DNA from: Candidatus Hermodarchaeota archaeon
Lineage (GTDB): Archaea; Asgardarchaeota; Lokiarchaeia; Sigyniarchaeales; SOKP01
Direction: 5' to 3'
Assembly: GCA_048885925.1 (NCBI GenBank)
Contig: JBHLLG010000025.1
Coordinates: 1-37,963 of the forward strand
Length of the DNA stretch: 37,963 nt
The notes beneath the pieces are model-generated. The model was not told the DNA's origin. It was given only the letters and a program-made list of their open reading frames with translations, and did not search any database. Below, in pieces: positions 28,661 to 37,702 of this stretch. Both the position numbers and the translations under genes were made by a program. Numbering within the stretch: position 1 is the stretch's first letter; every line of letters begins with the position of its first letter.

Positions 28661-30223
28661 ATGAATTTTAAATTCAATAGAAAAATATTGTTCATTCTTT
28701 TATTTTTTTTTCTTCTAAATAGTTTTTTTTTTGTAACTAATGATAATAATATAAAAATATCATTTCAACATAAATCTGAGATTGATAACTATACTCCCAG
28801 AATCGCTGACGAATCTGATATCTTCTCTAGTTTATCTCATGAATTACCTCATTTCTCAAATGCAAATTTTTCTATGCTTCACCAAATAGAAAATGACACA
28901 ATTTTAGCACATAATAGTCCTTTTACTCAAACTATTACTGTAACAATTTTTTGTGTCGATTTTCCAAACAAAGCTCACACTTTAACCGGGCAAGAAGTTG
29001 AAGAAAGATTCAATTCTGCTACATTAAATGATCTTAGAGACTATTGGAGTGAACTTTCAAAAGATCATTTAATATTAAATTTTGATATTCATGATTGGTA
29101 CACAGCGCCTAATAATGTTGAATATTATGCTACAGAAGGTTACTATCAAGGTTATTATATACCAGATAGAAGATTACTTGATTTAGTTGAAGAGGTTTAT
29201 GACTATTATGATGATACAGTTGATTTCAGTAATTATATATTCCAAGATTTGGCAGGGAATACAAGAAGTTATATTGGATTTATCCTACCAGGTTGGTGTG
29301 AATCATTTGGTCAGATTTATTCGGGTGATACATCAGATAGAGAATTTTGGTCATGTAAATGGGCAAATTATATAGATTTAGATGGTATAACAGTAAATAA
29401 TTTCTTTATAACTTCAGAATTTCCCAATTCTCCTGGAATTGCAACACATGAGTTTGGACATATGCTAGGTTTACCAGATCTCTACGATTTAACCGGTGTT
29501 GGAACTGGTGTGGGTGAATGGTGTTTGATGGGATATGGAGGAGGTTTAGGATATATAAATAATGATATTGATACTTTCGGTACAACTCCAGGACACTTAT
29601 GTGCATGGTCAAAAATCAAATTTGGTTGGGCAGACACACAAACTTTAAGGGTTGCTATAGAAGCTGAACAAGTTGAAATTGATGCTTTTAACCCTAATGA
29701 ACCATATTTTCCACGTATATATAAAATCCTTCGGTATACGAATGAGATAGAGTATTTTCTCCTCGAAGCAAGATTCCAAACCATACAAAGTTTTGATTAT
29801 TATATTGCTGATGAAGGACTTTTAATATTGCATGTTGATGAGGATAATCAACAGACTTTAGAAGGAGGTTATATGGTTGATGTTGAGGAGAATGAAGAAA
29901 CTCAAGAATTAGAAGATCAAACTTTAGAAAATTATGGGGATGAGGATGATTGCTGGGATGAAGGTGACATTTTTAGTTCAACTTCAAATCCAAATTCTAA
30001 TTGGTATGGGGGAACAGATTCAAAAGTGACTATAGAAGTAATTTCAATAGATCCTGATGAACGAATTATAGTTAGAATTACGGCTCCTAAGCCTCCTGAG
30101 CCTCCAATTGTTAACAGTTTTCCTATAGTAATATTATTAACAATTTCTTTTGCTGCAATTACCGTTGTATTGAAAAATACAAATGTAAAATCAAAGAAAA
30201 AATCACATTCTAAAAAATGTTAA
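28661..30223 (+). CDS. M6-family (immune inhibitor A-like) zinc metalloprotease with C-terminal membrane anchor/sorting signal
   Basis: Signal peptide; VDFP, DYW.E.S, HEFGHMLGLPDLYD (His codon at 29447), W.LM..G, P.HL.AWSK..GW, EYFLLEAR and GLLI.HVD; ends PKPPEPPIVNSFP + TM + KSKKK. Confidence 0.93.
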   Translation: MNFKFNRKILFILLFFFLLNSFFFVTNDNNIKISFQHKSEIDNYTPRIADESDIFSSLSHELPHFSNANFSMLHQIENDTILAHNSPFTQTITVTIFCVDFPNKAHTLTGQEVEERFNSATLNDLRDYWSELSKDHLILNFDIHDWYTAPNNVEYYATEGYYQGYYIPDRRLLDLVEEVYDYYDDTVDFSNYIFQDLAGNTRSYIGFILPGWCESFGQIYSGDTSDREFWSCKWANYIDLDGITVNNFFITSEFPNSPGIATHEFGHMLGLPDLYDLTGVGTGVGEWCLMGYGGGLGYINNDIDTFGTTPGHLCAWSKIKFGWADTQTLRVAIEAEQVEIDAFNPNEPYFPRIYKILRYTNEIEYFLLEARFQTIQSFDYYIADEGLLILHVDEDNQQTLEGGYMVDVEENEETQELEDQTLENYGDEDDCWDEGDIFSSTSNPNSNWYGGTDSKVTIEVISIDPDERIIVRITAPKPPEPPIVNSFPIVILLTISFAAITVVLKNTNVKSKKKSHSKKC

Positions 30224-30226
30224 ACT

Positions 30227-32023
30227 ATGCATCATTTTTATAATAAATCAATAAACTTTTTTTCTTTTCTTTTAGTAATAAGCACGGTAATTTTTCTGTT
30301 ATACATCATTTTACCAATAAAATTACTCAATTATCCTTTAGTGGAGTTCTTAAGAGTTTTATCTCATTTATTTAATCTTCAAATAATATTTGATGAAACT
30401 TTCAATACTTTCTATGTTTATACACCAGAATTGGTTGTACAATTAACAAACGAATCGTCAGGTTTTATATTTAATAGCTTTATTATTATTTTTGGCATTT
30501 TTTCGCCAATAAAATGGAGAAATTGTTTAGTTTCTATAATTATTTTTATTCCACTAAACTTTTTTTTAAATGCTTTTCGAATGCTTTTAATCTTTGTACT
30601 CTCATCTGATATCCACCTGTTTTACTTTTGTCATACCTTTTTTTCCATTTTCTATTATATCTTTATTTTTACTCTCTTTTTTCATTATATTTTGTTTAAA
30701 TATCCCCAGAATCCTATTAATCTATTTAATTTTAGTGTTTTACATAAAAAAAAAGAAAATAGGAACTTGATAAAAACTGTGGTCAATAAATCTAATTTAT
30801 TAGAATTATTCATTCTATCTTACATTATAGTTTCCTCATCAACTATCATTGGGATAACTTATGCTATATTATATCGAAATAGAACAATACAACCATATCC
30901 TATTGATATTGATAGGTATTTTAAACCAATAAGAATGATAAGAATTAATGAAACTCTTTACTTTGTCTGGGATTCTGAAAATAATATTAAAACAAGTATA
31001 TATTCACTTTATGATTCAAATATCACCAGTAAAATTTTTATGCAAAAAAGATCCCCTTCTCAATATTATATAGATCCTTTCATTCAATATGACAGTATTT
31101 CAAAAAATTTTATTATTACTGGAATATGTCAATATAGTGGATACATAGGAGATACTTGGATGCGTATCAAAGATGAACTTATAATTAATCAAACTGAATT
31201 ATTAGATTCAAATTTAAACAATGGGGTATACTTTCATCTAAGTAATGAGGAAACTGAACTTTTTAATAAAATACCACCTCCATCGTCCAATTTTATTAAT
31301 GAGTATTACTTTTTACTTGATGAAAATCAAAATCCTATATTTTTTATAAAAAGGGGTTTTGATGCAATTAAAATATTATTTTCTTATAATTTGACTAATT
31401 CACGTACATTATTCTCTGGAGAATCACGAAATTATAGAGTATGTGAAGATAACTTAAATAATACATATTTTTTCTTTAAATCTGAAAATAGATATTTTTA
31501 TTCAAATATAAAAAATTCAAATTTTAGTATTCCTCAAAGATTATCAAATCTTATAGAAATATCTACTGAAGCTGATCAACTTAATGTTTTTTGTGATTCT
31601 TCAAATGCTTTATACTTTATATGGTTAGAAAATCAAACACAAGTTTTTATAACATCTAATAAAACTGGTTCGTTTAGTATACCCCAATTATTGTATAATT
31701 CAAGTATTAATATCTCAAATCCAGTAATTGAATACTTAGATAACAGTACAGGATATATGACTTTTTGTGATGAGGATTACAAAATATATTTTTTTGAATT
31801 AAATGGGACAAAAATTATACATAATCGAATTTTCCAAGATGAAAGCTTATATCCTAAACCTTTAGTCTTTCCAGATCTGGAAATATTCCCAGATTTTACT
31901 GTTGCTCTTTTCTGGCGAAGAATATTAAAAATGGATTATAGTATTGCTCAATCTAAAAATGACATTGGATTCATTCAATATCTTGGTAATGGAAAATTTT
32001 CAGATTTAATTTATATTAGCTAA
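30227..32023 (+). CDS. Exosortase/archaeosortase-like membrane domain (Cys replaced by Ser) fused to an extracellular beta-propeller-like domain
   Basis: VVQLTNESSG (position of the v...CSG motif), P.NFFLNAFR (N..R motif) and FYFCH (His) with family-like spacing on TM helices; then a further TM helix and repeated D..N..YF.W....SN....FSIPQ.L units. Confidence 0.7.
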   Translation: MHHFYNKSINFFSFLLVISTVIFLLYIILPIKLLNYPLVEFLRVLSHLFNLQIIFDETFNTFYVYTPELVVQLTNESSGFIFNSFIIIFGIFSPIKWRNCLVSIIIFIPLNFFLNAFRMLLIFVLSSDIHLFYFCHTFFSIFYYIFIFTLFFHYILFKYPQNPINLFNFSVLHKKKENRNLIKTVVNKSNLLELFILSYIIVSSSTIIGITYAILYRNRTIQPYPIDIDRYFKPIRMIRINETLYFVWDSENNIKTSIYSLYDSNITSKIFMQKRSPSQYYIDPFIQYDSISKNFIITGICQYSGYIGDTWMRIKDELIINQTELLDSNLNNGVYFHLSNEETELFNKIPPPSSNFINEYYFLLDENQNPIFFIKRGFDAIKILFSYNLTNSRTLFSGESRNYRVCEDNLNNTYFFFKSENRYFYSNIKNSNFSIPQRLSNLIEISTEADQLNVFCDSSNALYFIWLENQTQVFITSNKTGSFSIPQLLYNSSINISNPVIEYLDNSTGYMTFCDEDYKIYFFELNGTKIIHNRIFQDESLYPKPLVFPDLEIFPDFTVALFWRRILKMDYSIAQSKNDIGFIQYLGNGKFSDLIYIS

Positions 32024-32155
32024 TGAATATTAATTATATGAAAAGATTTCTTAAATATTATATTTAAAAAAGGCTATATCCAATATTCAAAAGATTTTTT
32101 AAATTATAGGTGTTAAATACCGAAAATGGTTGATTGGTAAGTTTAAAAAAAGTAA

Positions 32156-33082
32156 TTATATTTTTAAAGATAGTCGTTCATTAACTTCTTCTTCAATCAT
32201 CGATATATCTTTAAGAGTTTGCTTAAATTCCTCTCTTGAGACTTTGCTTTTATTAAGAATTTTTTTCGAAAGAGTTTTGTATTTCTCGATTAATGCGGGT
32301 TCAATAAAGTTTTCAAGTTTTAAACAAAAAGAATAAAGATATGAATAAATTTCTGCGTATTTAGAATATTCTAATGATTCCATTATTCGATCTAGATAAT
32401 ATTTTAATCTTAATTTCCGATCTCTGATTTCATCTTTAAGTGATTTGGATTGAGTTTGGTATTCAATAAATTTTTCTTCATCTCGAAGTTTTTCAGAGAT
32501 TTCAATTAATTTTTTTGACATTTCAAATTTCTTAATGAAATTTTCTTCTATTGAATACAATTTCTCTAATTCATCTCTTTCTTTTGATAAATCTTCCCTT
32601 AATTGCTCTGATAACGACCCTTTTTGTTCCCATATAGACTTTAATATCATGCTCTGATCTGCTGTTAGTGAGGATCCCGCTATAAGTTTTTTATTTGAAA
32701 GAATTAACTGAATAATTTTTAAATCAAAAATTTCAAGTTTTTCTGGTTTCCTATCCCAGTTAATAAATAAATCTTGATGACTGAGAATTGTTTCATTTAT
32801 TTTCGGTATTAACTTTTGAACTTCCTTTATGTCATCCTTATCTACAATAATGACTAAATCTGATAATATTTCAGAAATTCTTTCAATTAATACGAAATAT
32901 ACTCCTAATTCAATAGTACTTAAGGTTTCAGTGCTGCTTTCTGTAAGTTCTGATACAAAAGTTTGTAAAGCAGAAAAAAAAGAATCAAACATTTCTAATT
33001 TTTCATCACTTTGAAAGCTTTTATTATAAATAAGATCCTTTGTACTACTCTGAAAAATGTATAGTGCTTGTATCATTGCCAA
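32156..33082 (-). CDS. Longin-like N-terminal domain plus helical C-terminal domain (ATG at 33076 likely start)
   Basis: MIQALYIF....DLIY...F, FDSFFSALQTFVSEL, LSTIELG and LVIIVDKDD fit the longin-like beta-beta-alpha-beta-beta-beta-alpha pattern common in Asgard proteins. Confidence 0.7.
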   Translation of the reverse strand: MAMIQALYIFQSSTKDLIYNKSFQSDEKLEMFDSFFSALQTFVSELTESSTETLSTIELGVYFVLIERISEILSDLVIIVDKDDIKEVQKLIPKINETILSHQDLFINWDRKPEKLEIFDLKIIQLILSNKKLIAGSSLTADQSMILKSIWEQKGSLSEQLREDLSKERDELEKLYSIEENFIKKFEMSKKLIEISEKLRDEEKFIEYQTQSKSLKDEIRDRKLRLKYYLDRIMESLEYSKYAEIYSYLYSFCLKLENFIEPALIEKYKTLSKKILNKSKVSREEFKQTLKDISMIEEEVNERLSLKI

Positions 33083-33301
33083 ATTATTTTAATATTATAA
33101 TATTAATATTATGATGATTTTATCGAGAAAAACATTTAATCTGAGATTAAAATACAAATAAAATAATTTATAATTAACTTTTTCAAAAATCTTAAGTATT
33201 AGTTAAAATCAATTTTTTTTATTTTTTTTAGAGAAACTAATACTTTAAAAATCTATAGTTTTTTGAATAATTTCAGAAAAGTATATCAGAAAAATTATTT
33301 C

Positions 33302-33496
33302 TTATAGTTCTATAATATCGCAACTGATATTTCTTAATAATCTCTCTGCTGTTGTTGGATCTGTTTTGTATGTGAAGAGTGTCTTTTTAGTTCTTAATTT
33401 CAATTTTACAATATCTTTTAAACGTTTCACCCGACAATGTATAGCATATTCAGATAACTCAATAAACTTGGTCTCATCAAAAATTTCTTTTGGCAT
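33302..33496 (-). CDS. rpl38e: Large-subunit ribosomal protein L38e
   Basis: MPKEI.D..KF.EL...A..CRVKR....VKLKLRT...L.T.K.....AE.L. Confidence 0.92.
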   Translation of the reverse strand: MPKEIFDETKFIELSEYAIHCRVKRLKDIVKLKLRTKKTLFTYKTDPTTAERLLRNISCDIIEL

Positions 33497-33685
33497 GTTA
33501 ATTCAACAAATACTACATTATGTAAAGTATAAGTATTACTATTAAGTATAGAATTTTAATTTTTTTATATTTCAAAATGTTATTAAACAAAAATTTTATT
33601 TTGTATCCTATGTTTTAGAAATTATTCTTATTACTGATATTCTTTAGTTTAACTTTAATTGGAAAAAAGTAGTGAATGATTGATT

Positions 33686-33850
33686 ATGAGTCCGATCGAT
33701 GATCCAGTCAAACGGAGAATCGCTAGATACCACTTATTAGAAAAAACTGTATGTAGAAGATGCGGAGCACTTAATCCACTTAGGGCAAAGAAGTGTAGAA
33801 GATGTCATGGAAAAGATTTACGATTAAAAAAAAGGGAACTTACTAAATAG
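33686..33850 (+). CDS. rpl40e: Large-subunit ribosomal protein L40e (54 aa, absent from ORF track)
   Basis: Hand translation MSPIDDPVKRRIARYHLLEKTVCRRCGALNPLRAKKCRRCHGKDLRLKKRELTK; matches CRxC.A.NP..A.KCRxC...LR.K. Confidence 0.96.
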   Translation: MSPIDDPVKRRIARYHLLEKTVCRRCGALNPLRAKKCRRCHGKDLRLKKRELTK

Positions 33851-34060
33851 ACAAATAATATCTTCTTTTTTTTGAAATACTCACTTCTTAATTAAATAAT
33901 TTATTATCTCAAGTGTTTGCAAGTTCATTATACAATGGAAAGATAAAATTACTATATCTAATAAAAATATCATAGTAATGGAAATACCAAATTTGTGAAT
34001 TGAACCAATGCCCTCCTTCAATGAAGAACATTTAAATATGGACCTAATAATATTATCTTT

Positions 34061-34067
34061 GAGGTGA
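34061..34067 (+). promoter_or_regulatory. Shine-Dalgarno site for 34075 ORF
   Basis: GAGGTGA 7 nt upstream of ATG 34075. Confidence 0.7.
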
Positions 34068-34074
34068 TGAAACA

Positions 34075-35424
34075 ATGGTGAGAACTAAATTTAAAGTTTC
34101 AATGGGTTTGTTCGTTGTAGCACTAGTATTTATTAGCATTCCTATTGGAGCGGTTGCATGTAGAAGACCTCAATGGAGATTAATGGCTGGAGCATATAGC
34201 TTACCAATAACTCCAATGACAACAGCTGAAGGAATCCCTATTCATCCTGATGGGTCACAAGTTTACCTAGCAGGATTTGGTTCTTTTGGGAGTAGACCTG
34301 CTTCGAAAGTTCATGATGACATCTACGCAAGGTGTTTGATCCTAGATTATGATGGTAAGACAATTGTATTCGTACAACTTGACCTAATCGGTTTTATGAT
34401 TGATCAGGTTGATTTGGTGAGGCAAGAAGTAGAAAATTTATATGGGATAGAGGCAGACAATGTTATTATAGCCTGTACACACACACATTCGGGACCTGAC
34501 ACCTTAGGACTCTGGAATTCATGGTATCCAGCTCCGGGAGTCAATTGGCCGTATATGAATTATATAAGAAATCAGATCCTAGATTGCGTAGGCAATGCAT
34601 ATCTAAGTATGGAACAGGCTAGCATACGATTTGCTTCGACAACTGTTCCAGGATTGATGAAAAACTCTCGTGACCCTGGCAGAGTATATCCAGATTTGGA
34701 AGTAATGAAAGTCGACAACAGGAGAGGCAAAACCATTGCAACAATGATCAACTACGCAGGCCATCCTGAGGTCCTTTGGTCAAACAACCTAGAATTAACC
34801 TCAGACTACGTTGGTTATCTTTGTAATAAAGTTGAAGAAAAGCTAGGAGGCGTTGCGGTCTTTATGAATGGGGCATTAGGAGGAATGATAACTCCAGATA
34901 CTGATGAACATACATTCGAGAAAGCAAAAGAGATTGGACATACTCTCGCATATGCTACTATAAGAGCACTAAAATCTCGCAGATCCTACGCGTGGGGCAT
35001 TTTTATCCCTAGCTGGAAAGGAACTTTTAAAGTAGAAAAACAGATTTTTGAAGTTCCCTTGGAAAATCTCGATTTTTTTTACGCTATGATGGGAGGTATC
35101 CTTTATAGATCCGATCCTTGGTATAAATTTCCATACGGTGAGTTCCCTTTAGGCATAATTACAACTGAGGTCAATGTAATTACTATTGGAAAAGCTCAGA
35201 TGATCACAATGCCAGGAGAAGTATTGCCTAGTATAGGATACCGCTTGAAAGAGGCTATGACGGGAAAATTTAACTTCCAAATTGGACTGGCTAACGATGA
35301 GTTAGGTTATATAATTCCTGCAGATGAATGGAATCCTGATGAATACGAGGAATCAATGTCCGTAGGCGTGCAAACTGGTATTGCCATGGAAGCAATTCTC
35401 ATGGAGATGCTTGAAGGAACTTGA
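34075..35424 (+). CDS. Secreted neutral/alkaline ceramidase-like metallo-amidohydrolase
   Basis: Signal peptide; ITP, LAGF, VHDDIYAR, IACTHTHSGP, NYAGHP, GALGG, PGE, GLANDELGYI and YEE. Confidence 0.85.
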   Translation: MVRTKFKVSMGLFVVALVFISIPIGAVACRRPQWRLMAGAYSLPITPMTTAEGIPIHPDGSQVYLAGFGSFGSRPASKVHDDIYARCLILDYDGKTIVFVQLDLIGFMIDQVDLVRQEVENLYGIEADNVIIACTHTHSGPDTLGLWNSWYPAPGVNWPYMNYIRNQILDCVGNAYLSMEQASIRFASTTVPGLMKNSRDPGRVYPDLEVMKVDNRRGKTIATMINYAGHPEVLWSNNLELTSDYVGYLCNKVEEKLGGVAVFMNGALGGMITPDTDEHTFEKAKEIGHTLAYATIRALKSRRSYAWGIFIPSWKGTFKVEKQIFEVPLENLDFFYAMMGGILYRSDPWYKFPYGEFPLGIITTEVNVITIGKAQMITMPGEVLPSIGYRLKEAMTGKFNFQIGLANDELGYIIPADEWNPDEYEESMSVGVQTGIAMEAILMEMLEGT

Positions 35425-35463
35425 ATTATCCGACCAAAACTTTTTCTCAAAGAAGGATTTTAA

Positions 35464-35488
35464 TTTTTAACTCTTTCTTTTTTTTTTT
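35464..35488 (+). terminator. Oligo-T archaeal-type terminator after ceramidase-like gene
   Basis: TTTTTAACTCTTTCTTTTTTTTTTT about 40 nt after the stop; low specificity in an AT-rich genome. Confidence 0.4.
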
Positions 35489-35712
35489 ATTATTCGCCTG
35501 ATTGGATTGAAGATCCATAAATAACTTATTATTATAAATTTTAATGGGTAAAAACACATTTCTCAAGTGAATAACTATATTTCTTAGATAAATTACATAT
35601 TAGAATTCTAAATTCGTAAACTTTTTTAATTTTATGACTTAGAGATCTATATAAAGAAAATAGTTTATCAAAAAATTATTTCAATAATTAAATTAACAAA
35701 AAGTGAAAAATA

Positions 35713-37401
35713 ATGGCACAATTAGGCGGAACGCCCATATTAATAATGAAAGAAGGTACAGAACGACAACGCGGTAAAGATGCTATGCAAAACAACATTG
35801 CTGCTGCAATTGTTATCGCTGAAGCAGTTCGTACTTCACTAGGTCCAAGAGGTATGGATAAAATGCTCGTTGATCAGTTCGGTGACGTAGTTATAACTAA
35901 TGATGGTGCAACAATCTTAAAAGAGATTGACGTACAACATCCTGCTGCTAAAATGATGGTTGAAGTTGCAAAAACTCAAGATTCAGAAGTTGGTGATGGA
36001 ACAACCACAAGTGTAATCCTTGCTGGTGAACTCTTAAAAAGAGCGAAGAAACTCTTAGAACAAAAAATCCATCCAACTGTTATTACTGAAGGTTTCAGAA
36101 AAGCAGCGGATAAAGCTGTTGAGATCTTAGATGGCATTTCTATAAAGAGTGGAATTGATGATGAAAGGGGATTAAAAAATGCAGCTATGACTTGCATGTC
36201 AAGTAAAATTGTCTCTGAATCAAAAGATAAACTAGCTCAGATTTGTATGGATGCTATTAAAGCAATTGCTGAAAAAAATGAAGAAGGAAAATGGACTGCA
36301 GACATTGAAAAAGTCCAAATCCAAAAGAAAGAAGGCGATTCAATCGACGATACGAAATTAATTAAAGGGATTATCCTAGATAAAGAAGTTGTAAGTCCTG
36401 GCATGCCAAAGAGTGTTCAAGATGCAAAAATCTTACTTTTACAAAGTGCTATAGAGATTGAAAAGACAGAATTTGATAGTAAACTTCAAATTAACAGCCC
36501 CGAACAAATTCAGCAATTTTTAGATGAAGAAGAACAAATGCTAAGACGTATGGCTGAAAAAGTTAAAAATTCTGGAGCTAATGTTGTAATTTGTCAAAAA
36601 GGAATTGATGATATGGCTCAACATTTCCTCTCTAAAGCAGGTATCGTAGCTATAAGAAGAGTAAAGAAATCTGATATTGAAAAACTCGCAAAAGCCACTG
36701 GCGGCACAATCTTCACCAATCTTGATGATATTGTTCCAGAAAAACTTGGATGGGCAGGATTAGTTGAAGAACGTAAAATTATGAGTGATTCTTGGGTTTT
36801 TATTGAAGAATGTAAAGATCCTAAATCGGTTGTAATTCTTATAAGAGGAGGAACTGAACTCATCGTTGATGAAGTTGAAAGAGCAATTCATGATGCACTG
36901 TGCGTAATTAGAGATGTTGTTGAAGACGAGAAAATTGTTGGTGGAGGCGGTGCCCCTGAATTAGAAACTGCTATTCAACTGAGAAAATTTGCCTCCACTT
37001 TAGGTGGACGTGAACAACTTGCTGTCGAAATATTCGCAGATTCGCTTGATATAATCCCAAAAACCCTTGCTGAAAATGCTGGTATGGATCAAATTGAAAC
37101 ATTAATGAAACTAAGAGCAGCTCATCAACAAGGACATAAATTCGCCGGTAATAACCTCGATACCGGTGAAGTTATCAATGATATGATGTCTGTCGGCGTC
37201 GTCGAGCCAACCGTTGTAAAAGTGCAAGCTATAAAAAGCTCCACTGAAGCTACTTCCATGATCTTACGCATAGATGATGTAATCGCAGCTGCTAGGACCG
37301 CTGGCCCTCCAATGCCCCCTGGAGGTCCAGGAATGGGTGGTATGCCTCCGGGAATGGGAGGTATGGGCGGAATGGGAGGATATCCTCCAGATATGTATTA
37401 A
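35713..37401 (+). CDS. ths: Thermosome subunit (group II chaperonin)
   Basis: [35 protein letters not shown] and ILRIDD; GGM-rich tail. Confidence 0.98.
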   Translation: MAQLGGTPILIMKEGTERQRGKDAMQNNIAAAIVIAEAVRTSLGPRGMDKMLVDQFGDVVITNDGATILKEIDVQHPAAKMMVEVAKTQDSEVGDGTTTSVILAGELLKRAKKLLEQKIHPTVITEGFRKAADKAVEILDGISIKSGIDDERGLKNAAMTCMSSKIVSESKDKLAQICMDAIKAIAEKNEEGKWTADIEKVQIQKKEGDSIDDTKLIKGIILDKEVVSPGMPKSVQDAKILLLQSAIEIEKTEFDSKLQINSPEQIQQFLDEEEQMLRRMAEKVKNSGANVVICQKGIDDMAQHFLSKAGIVAIRRVKKSDIEKLAKATGGTIFTNLDDIVPEKLGWAGLVEERKIMSDSWVFIEECKDPKSVVILIRGGTELIVDEVERAIHDALCVIRDVVEDEKIVGGGGAPELETAIQLRKFASTLGGREQLAVEIFADSLDIIPKTLAENAGMDQIETLMKLRAAHQQGHKFAGNNLDTGEVINDMMSVGVVEPTVVKVQAIKSSTEATSMILRIDDVIAAARTAGPPMPPGGPGMGGMPPGMGGMGGMGGYPPDMY

Positions 37402-37410
37402 TAATTCTAA

Positions 37411-37459
37411 TTGTTTTTTTTTAATTTCTTTTTTCTTTCTATTTTTCTTTTAGTTTTTT
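37411..37459 (+). terminator. Oligo-T terminator region after thermosome
   Basis: Several consecutive T tracts directly after the TAA at 37401. Confidence 0.55.
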
Positions 37460-37702
37460 CATGAGATTCTGGGCTAGTTCACTTTCGATCATATCAATTA
37501 CTTTAATTATCAATTTTATTATTCCTAATGATAGCAACAAGATTATTCTATGAGCCAATTGCTAGATTATTTGTTTTTGTTTTAGGATCATATCTAATAA
37601 ATTCTAAGTATAAATCATCCAGATATTGCTTTATATTTTTTATATTTATTGCAATAATATCTGCAATCCTTTCATAAAAATTAAGAAAGGGTTACAAAAG
37701 AT

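Noticed and set aside
30200-30223. Terminal Cys (SKKC) of the M6 protease as a prenylation signal
   Set aside because: Not a CaaX, CC or CxC motif, and protein prenyltransferases are not established for this lineage.
11755-32023. Selenocysteine recoding as the explanation for missing Cys residues (IscU, sortase-like protein)
   Set aside because: Neither ORF contains an in-frame TGA; the positions carry ordinary sense codons.
33881-34075. 64-aa minus-strand ORF upstream of the ceramidase-like gene
   Set aside because: No motif, and it overlaps the ribosome-binding site and promoter region of 34075; probably spurious.
3398-36863. Short ORF-track entries overlapping longer genes (3398-3670, 11581-11796, 13472-13798, 13994-14479, 14857-15093, 15979-16170, 16767-17025, 17380-17748, 21084-21299, 24511-24716, 26842-27135, 29187-29784, 32130-32336, 32829-33014, 35976-36197, 36618-36863)
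   Set aside because: Antisense or off-frame shadows of well-supported genes with no recognisable motifs.
37300-37401. GC-rich repetitive tract at the end of the thermosome gene
   Set aside because: Encodes the ordinary Gly-Gly-Met/Pro chaperonin tail, not a DNA repeat element.
37440-37690. Possible gene remnant on the minus strand (FYERIADIIAINIKNIKQYLDDLYLEFIRYDPK)
   Set aside because: Short, no clear start and no recognisable family; cannot be supported without a search.
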